Shown one piece after another: positions 59,611-64,000 of a stretch of 64,000 nt of DNA. The first letter of the stretch is position 1. Every line of letters starts with the position of its first letter. Location: positions 192,001 through 256,000 of the forward strand of contig JANQNK010000020.1 in NCBI GenBank assembly GCA_028279595.1, in the 5' to 3' direction. The DNA comes from Thermoplasmatota archaeon. GTDB lineage: Archaea > Thermoplasmatota > JAKEGO01. The notes beneath the pieces are model-generated. The model was not told the DNA's origin, made no database searches, and saw nothing but the letters and a program-made list of their open reading frames with translations. A program made the translations under genes and the position numbers.

Positions 59611-59622
59611 GCAACAAGCAAT

Positions 59623-59670
59623 GGAGGGGGGCGACCCCCTCCACCCCCCTCTTTTTTTTACTTTTTCTCT
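59623..59670 (+). terminator. GC hairpin plus long T-tracts after the giant gene
   Basis: GGAGGGGG-GCGA-CCCCCTCC followed by TTTTTTTT and TTTTT. Confidence 0.7.
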
Positions 59671-59738
59671 TCAGCTTGAGCTGGGCCTCTTTCGTCTTAC
59701 CCTGGACTACAATAACCTTCAATATCGATCTCTCGTCA

Positions 59739-60644
59739 TCATAGGAAAAGGAACAGTGGGAAGTAGAGTATCAGAAGAATTATCCCCATCCACCGGGCCA
59801 TCTTGATCCTCGTCATTCCCATGAGGAGCACGGAGACCCCGATGACGATGGCGCCCTGGTACATCATGAAGCTGTTCGAGACCGCTATCGGACCGATCGC
59901 TCCCGCCACACCGAGGACGAGCAGGGTGTTGATGATGTTGCTGCCGATGATGTTTCCCACAGCGATCCCCTTGCTCCCCTTGAGCGTAGCAGCGATCGAT
60001 GCCGCGATCTCCGGCAACGAGGTCCCGATCGCTACGATCGTCAATCCGATGAGGAGCTTCGATACCCCGAATTCGGTCGCGATGCTCACGGCGCCCTCGA
60101 CCAGCAACCAGGAACCTCCGACAAGCGCTGCCGAGCCGGCCACCACCAGGACGAAGGCCACCACGAGGGAGTGCTTCGTCTCCTGACAGCCGCAGTCCCT
60201 GTGGCTGCGGTACAGATGAAAGAAATAACCACCGTAGAGGGCGAGAAATATGACGGCGTCGTACGTCGCGAACTCACCGTCCAGGGCCAATCCGAAGAAA
60301 AGGGCGATAGAACCGACCATAACGAACGAGTCCCGTTTCGCTTCCCTCTCCGGTACGAGCGATCTGATGAGCAACACTCCTCCGAGTGCAAGGCATATGT
60401 TCGCCATGTTCGAGCCCACGACATTCCCGAGAACCAGCTGCTGATGCCCTCCGAACGAGGCGATTATCGATGTAACGAGCTCCGGGGCCGACGTCGCGAA
60501 GGCGACCAACGTGAGTCCGATGAGATGTTCGCTCACGCCGAGGCGCTTCGCCACGGACACCGCTCCGTCAATGAAGACATCGCTGCCCTTGACTATCAGG
60601 GCCAGCCCGGCGATGACGATCGGAACGGCGTAGACCGGGTCCAT
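59739..60644 (-). CDS. Calcium/sodium antiporter (YrbG/CaCA family)
   Basis: Two alpha-repeats: GLTLVAFATSAPEL..GNVVGSN and GLTIVAIGTSLPEI..GNIIGSN. Confidence 0.92.
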   Translation of the reverse strand: MDPVYAVPIVIAGLALIVKGSDVFIDGAVSVAKRLGVSEHLIGLTLVAFATSAPELVTSIIASFGGHQQLVLGNVVGSNMANICLALGGVLLIRSLVPEREAKRDSFVMVGSIALFFGLALDGEFATYDAVIFLALYGGYFFHLYRSHRDCGCQETKHSLVVAFVLVVAGSAALVGGSWLLVEGAVSIATEFGVSKLLIGLTIVAIGTSLPEIAASIAATLKGSKGIAVGNIIGSNIINTLLVLGVAGAIGPIAVSNSFMMYQGAIVIGVSVLLMGMTRIKMARWMGIILLILYFPLFLFL

Positions 60645-60699
60645 CGGGTCGAGATGGAGTGGTGACTATTTAATGGGTTGTCATGTGCGGATCGAAATA

Positions 60700-61533
60700 T
60701 CACAAATGAATGTCGATTCCGAAGACCTTGGACGGATTCTCGACATGAATGAGATGTGCCTGGTCCTCGGTCAGGTTCCCGTTCTCGAGCATCTTCCTTG
60801 TGACCTTCGGGATGGTCTTCGGACCGAGCACCGCACCCGGTCTCTTGAGATCGTCGATGTAGTCCGTTTCGAGCATGAAGTCGTTACCGCCGGCGAACGC
60901 CGTGAGGATGTTGTCCTCCTTCGCCAGGATCGACAGGAACATACCGAGGTCTCCCGCGATCGCCGTTGCCGGTGGAGCGTAATGTTTGACAAGCTTCTGG
61001 GTGTCGAGCCCTGCTGTCGATGCCATCTCAGCAAGTTCAGCGTAGATGCCGTCCGATGTCTCGGAATGGACGATAACGGGACAACCTATCTCGGCTGCAA
61101 GCTCCATTGCATGGAGCAGCTGAGCCTTCGAGTCCTCACGTACCCAGGGCTCGACCGGGAAATGGGGCATTCCCACCTCGCCGATCCCCACGGCGTCGCC
61201 CTCGCGGACCATGTCGGCGGCGATCTCCATCGCTTCCATCATCAGCGGATGCGCGACGTCCCTCTCGACCTTCTCTAGGAGATGGGTATAATGGACCGGG
61301 TGCGGTCCCTGTATAGTGTTGACAACGGCTCCCTCTTCCCTTGCCAAATCGCGGAGTCGCTGCGTGGTGCCGAATTCCTCGCGGAAGCCTTCTGCGTCCC
61401 TGATGTCGATGCCGTAGGGCTTGTTCGCCAGGATGATGTGCGTTCCGCCCGTCTTCACGAAGTCCTTGACAGCCTCGCCACCGCGTCCATCCGGGCTCAG
61501 GTGCATGTGCGAGTCCGTGATCGGCATTTCCAT
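60700..61533 (-). CDS. TatD-family metal-dependent hydrolase
   Basis: DSHMH, GPHP, IGEVGMPHF, VIVHSE, KHY and LETDYIDD..RPGAVLGP motifs. Start reassigned to ~61533, with a TATATA box ~25 nt upstream. Confidence 0.88.
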   Translation of the reverse strand: MEMPITDSHMHLSPDGRGGEAVKDFVKTGGTHIILANKPYGIDIRDAEGFREEFGTTQRLRDLAREEGAVVNTIQGPHPVHYTHLLEKVERDVAHPLMMEAMEIAADMVREGDAVGIGEVGMPHFPVEPWVREDSKAQLLHAMELAAEIGCPVIVHSETSDGIYAELAEMASTAGLDTQKLVKHYAPPATAIAGDLGMFLSILAKEDNILTAFAGGNDFMLETDYIDDLKRPGAVLGPKTIPKVTRKMLENGNLTEDQAHLIHVENPSKVFGIDIHL

Positions 61534-61713
61534 GGGCCGATGAGCGAATTCGCGATATATATCTTCATCGATGGAAGGAAGACGCGCTCGTCGTCGTCCC
61601 CGTGGGACGACAACGCGTATCACCCGCTCTGGAATGGTCATTCCAAAGTTGGATCCTAGATGGGAACGATAATAAGATTTATCTGTGGGTATTTTCATGG
61701 TATCCCAGGTGAG

Positions 61714-62532
61714 ATGTTGCGACAACCTGCCGTAGCGGGACGGTTCTACGAGGGCTCAGCGGAGGGCCTTAAAAAGCAGATTGAAGCCTGTTACATGCAC
61801 GAGTTGGGTCCTGGCCGTTTGCCGTCCCTGAGCGATGGGAACGACGTTACGGGACTGGTATCCCCCCATGCGGGCTATACCTTCTCAGGTCCGGTGGCCG
61901 CACACGGCTTCCTCGAACTCGGATCGAAGGGATTGGAGGGGAAGACAGCGGTGATCATCGGTCCGAACCATACGGGGATCGGGCCGCCGGTATCCGTCAT
62001 GATGGACGATTACAGCACCCCTCTGGGTGTGGCACAGGTGGACCGCGAGATCGCTCAACGGATAATCGACGCCGGCTTCCAGGAGGACTCGATGGCCCAT
62101 CTCCACGAGCACTCCGTCGAGGTACAGGTCCCCTTCCTTCAACATCTAACGGAGGATTTCAGGATCGTCCCGATAGTCATGATGGCCCAGAACCCCGACA
62201 CCGCCCGGTCCCTTGGCAAGGCGCTTTCGGAACTCCCGCAGGATGAGGTTGTCTATATCGCATCGACCGACTTCTCCCATTACATCTCACGAGAGAGGTG
62301 CCAGACCACGGACGCGATGGCCATCGACAGGATCCTGGAAATGGACGCACCGGGCCTCTACAGGACCGTCATGGAGAAGAGGATATCGATGTGCGGCTTC
62401 GGTCCCGTCATGACGGTCGTCGAGGCCATCGGGCGCGGGGAGGCCACCCTATTGAAGCAGACGAACTCGGGCGACGTGATGACGATGGATGACGTCGTCG
62501 GTTATGCCTCGATAAAGATGGTACGGAATTGA
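61714..62532 (+). CDS. MEMO1 family protein (AmmeMemoRadiSam protein B)
   Basis: RQPAVAGRFY, PHAGY.FSG, GPNHTG, EHSVEVQVPFLQ, ASTDFSHY and SMCG.GP motifs. Start reassigned to MLRQP. Confidence 0.92.
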   Translation: MLRQPAVAGRFYEGSAEGLKKQIEACYMHELGPGRLPSLSDGNDVTGLVSPHAGYTFSGPVAAHGFLELGSKGLEGKTAVIIGPNHTGIGPPVSVMMDDYSTPLGVAQVDREIAQRIIDAGFQEDSMAHLHEHSVEVQVPFLQHLTEDFRIVPIVMMAQNPDTARSLGKALSELPQDEVVYIASTDFSHYISRERCQTTDAMAIDRILEMDAPGLYRTVMEKRISMCGFGPVMTVVEAIGRGEATLLKQTNSGDVMTMDDVVGYASIKMVRN

Positions 62533-62661
62533 CGGTGAACTCGCTCGATGACGCTGAAGCGGTCATCAACGCGCTTACAATTAATCGGTAGAACAGGTCT
62601 TCAGTGCGAAAGATTATTAACGACGACCCGTCTTTCCGAACGTCCCACCCGAGGTGATGGT

Positions 62662-63045
62662 ATGGACATGGAGAGGCTGAAGTTCACGGAGAGCCACGAA
62701 TGGGTTTCGATCGAGGACGGAGAGGCGGTGATCGGCATCACCGATTTCGCCCAGTCCGAGCTCAACGACATCATATACGTGGAGTTCCCCGAGGTTGGGG
62801 CCACGCTCAACAAGGGCGAGGTCCTGGCAGTGCTCGAATCCGTCAAGGCGGCCGAGGAGGTCTATTCACCTCTGACCGGCGAGGTCCTCGCGATCAACGA
62901 TTCGCTGGACCCGGAGCCAGAGCGGATCAACCAGGACCCCTTCGGCAACGGATGGATCGTCAAGATAAGGCTTGCAGACCTGGCGGAGACCGAGGCCCTC
63001 TTAGCGCATACCGATTACACCAGGGTCCTGGAGGACGCGAAATGA
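62662..63045 (+). CDS. gcvH: Glycine cleavage system H protein
   Basis: F.ESHEW, GITDFAQ..L.DI.YVE, lipoyl motif ESVKAA, IN.DPFG.GW; SD GAGGTGA upstream. Confidence 0.93.
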   Translation: MDMERLKFTESHEWVSIEDGEAVIGITDFAQSELNDIIYVEFPEVGATLNKGEVLAVLESVKAAEEVYSPLTGEVLAINDSLDPEPERINQDPFGNGWIVKIRLADLAETEALLAHTDYTRVLEDAK

Positions 63046-63230
63046 GGCGTTCGCTACTGGAGATCCTGGCATGTCCGGACTGCAGGGCTCCCGTCGAGCT
63101 GGCTGGGGTCGAGAGCGAGGACGACGCTGGTGTCGTGGCCGGCAACCTGAAGTGCACCAAGTGCTCCAGGGAGTTCCCGATAATCGATGGGATCCCCCAC
63201 ATGCTTCCGGCCGGCTCTGGGGACGATTGA
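63042..63230 (+). CDS. trm112: Trm112 family methyltransferase activator
   Basis: LLEILACP.C...G.L.C..C.REFPI.DGIP.ML; ATGA overlap with gcvH. Confidence 0.88.
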   Translation: MRRSLLEILACPDCRAPVELAGVESEDDAGVVAGNLKCTKCSREFPIIDGIPHMLPAGSGDD

Positions 63231-63241
63231 AGGTGATGGAA

Positions 63242-63472
63242 ATGAACGGATACAAGGTCAGCGGAAGGTTCAAGATGGGCGACAACTGGATGCCCTTCGA
63301 GATCGAGCTGGTGGCGGAGTCCGAAGAGGGTGCCCATGAGAAGGGCCTCTCGGTGATCGGCTCGAGGCACCGGACGAAGCGCAAGGACATCGAGATCGGT
63401 ACTATCTCCTCCATAACTGCCGAGGAGGCCACCTCACCGGTGGTCCAGTACCACCTGGAGGCCTCCAAGTGA
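63242..63472 (+). CDS. rpl18a: 50S ribosomal protein eL20 (L18a/LX)
   Basis: YKVSG.F..G....PF..E......A.EK..S.IGSRH..KR..I.I; SD AGGTGA; synteny with pfdA-ftsY. Confidence 0.9.
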   Translation: MNGYKVSGRFKMGDNWMPFEIELVAESEEGAHEKGLSVIGSRHRTKRKDIEIGTISSITAEEATSPVVQYHLEASK

Positions 63473-63897
63473 CCGAGATGGAGAAGGAGATAGTCCAACT
63501 CAGGATGATCGAGAGGGAGCTCCAGGCCTACCAGGGCCAGATGGAACTCCTGACCGCGTCCATCCAGACCCACAAGAAGGCCGTCGAGACCCTCGACGCC
63601 ATACCCGGTCTTGGGGCGAACGACGAGATCCTCGTACCGATCGGAGGCGGCGTGATACTGAAGACCAAATGGAACGAGGGCTCCGGTGTCATGGTCGACA
63701 TCGGTTCAGGGATAGTGGTCGAGGAGGACGCTCAGCCGATCCGTGACAACGTGAACGGCCGTCTGCACCAGATCGAGGCCTCGTTGACCAAATTGGACGC
63801 ACACGTGAGGGAGCTGCAGGCCCAGTACGCGATGCTCTCGCAGAAGATCCAGCAGGCCTACCAGGGGGCCGGAGATGTTCAAGAACCTGCGGGATAG
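63469..63897 (+). CDS. pfdA: Prefoldin subunit alpha
   Basis: Coiled coil - EILVPIGGG..V.VDIGSG..VE hairpins - coiled coil; GTG start. Confidence 0.92.
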   Translation: MTEMEKEIVQLRMIERELQAYQGQMELLTASIQTHKKAVETLDAIPGLGANDEILVPIGGGVILKTKWNEGSGVMVDIGSGIVVEEDAQPIRDNVNGRLHQIEASLTKLDAHVRELQAQYAMLSQKIQQAYQGAGDVQEPAG

Positions 63898-64000
63898 GAT
63901 ATCAAAGGCCAGCGAGGACGCCGCGGTCGAGATCGAGAAGGACGTCAAGCACGGCAAGCGCATGAACGAGAAGCGCCTCGACCAGATCCTGTGGGAGCTG
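63875..64000 (+). CDS. ftsY: SRP receptor FtsY (N-terminus, 3'-partial)
   Basis: MFKNLRDRIS...EKRLDQILWEL, open to the window end; conserved position after pfdA. Confidence 0.7.
   Translation, partial: MFKNLRDRISKASEDAAVEIEKDVKHGKRMNEKRLDQILWEL

Noticed and set aside
18637-59400. Many long antisense ORFs (up to 849 aa) opposite the giant gene, and similar ones opposite the other large genes
   Set aside because: Shadow frames caused by the repetitive GAC/GAG/ACC/GTC codon bias; V/R/G/D-rich with no motifs or SD sites.
18358-59610. Diversity-generating retroelement or CRISPR-like array explaining the repeat variation
   Set aside because: No reverse transcriptase and no TR/VR pair with adenine-specific differences seen; the repeats are in-frame protein domains.
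61534-63241. ORF-track N-terminal extensions of tatD (61725), MEMO1 (61660), gcvH (62548), trm112 (62700) and rpl18a (63071)
   Set aside because: Family homology and SD/TATA positions support the downstream starts.

Overview
GC-rich archaeal DNA, most likely Thermoplasmatota. This is inferred from the eL20-prefoldin alpha-ftsY cluster, GGAGGTGA SD sites, BRE/TATA promoters, a CCA-less tRNA, and membrane proteins with cytoplasmic Zn-ribbon/acidic tails. About 53 of the 64 kb encode exported surface proteins. (1) A 5'-truncated >2250-aa beta-helix + ~18 Ig-repeat membrane protein. (2) A ~1440-aa signal/TM-led protein built from eight tandem, mutually divergent Hcp (T6SS/phage-tail tube) domains, with no other T6SS gene in the window; its loops carry short motifs resembling unrelated protein families. 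(3) A 13,750-aa giant protein with ~119 DUF11/DUF7507-like Ig repeats, Ca-binding loops, two nested DUF642-like domains, Cys/Asp-rich inserts and a C-terminal anchor. The rest is housekeeping: tRNA-Gln(TTG), a MazG-like pyrophosphatase, a CPA2 antiporter, two glutamate-synthase domain genes, an N-terminally truncated Lhr helicase abutting the giant gene, a Ca/Na antiporter, TatD, MEMO1, gcvH, trm112, rpl18a, pfdA and the start of ftsY. The best candidate for an undescribed system is the secreted archaeal poly-Hcp protein, possibly acting with the giant Ig-repeat filament. Family calls come from motif recognition only, no searches were run, and repeat counts are manual.
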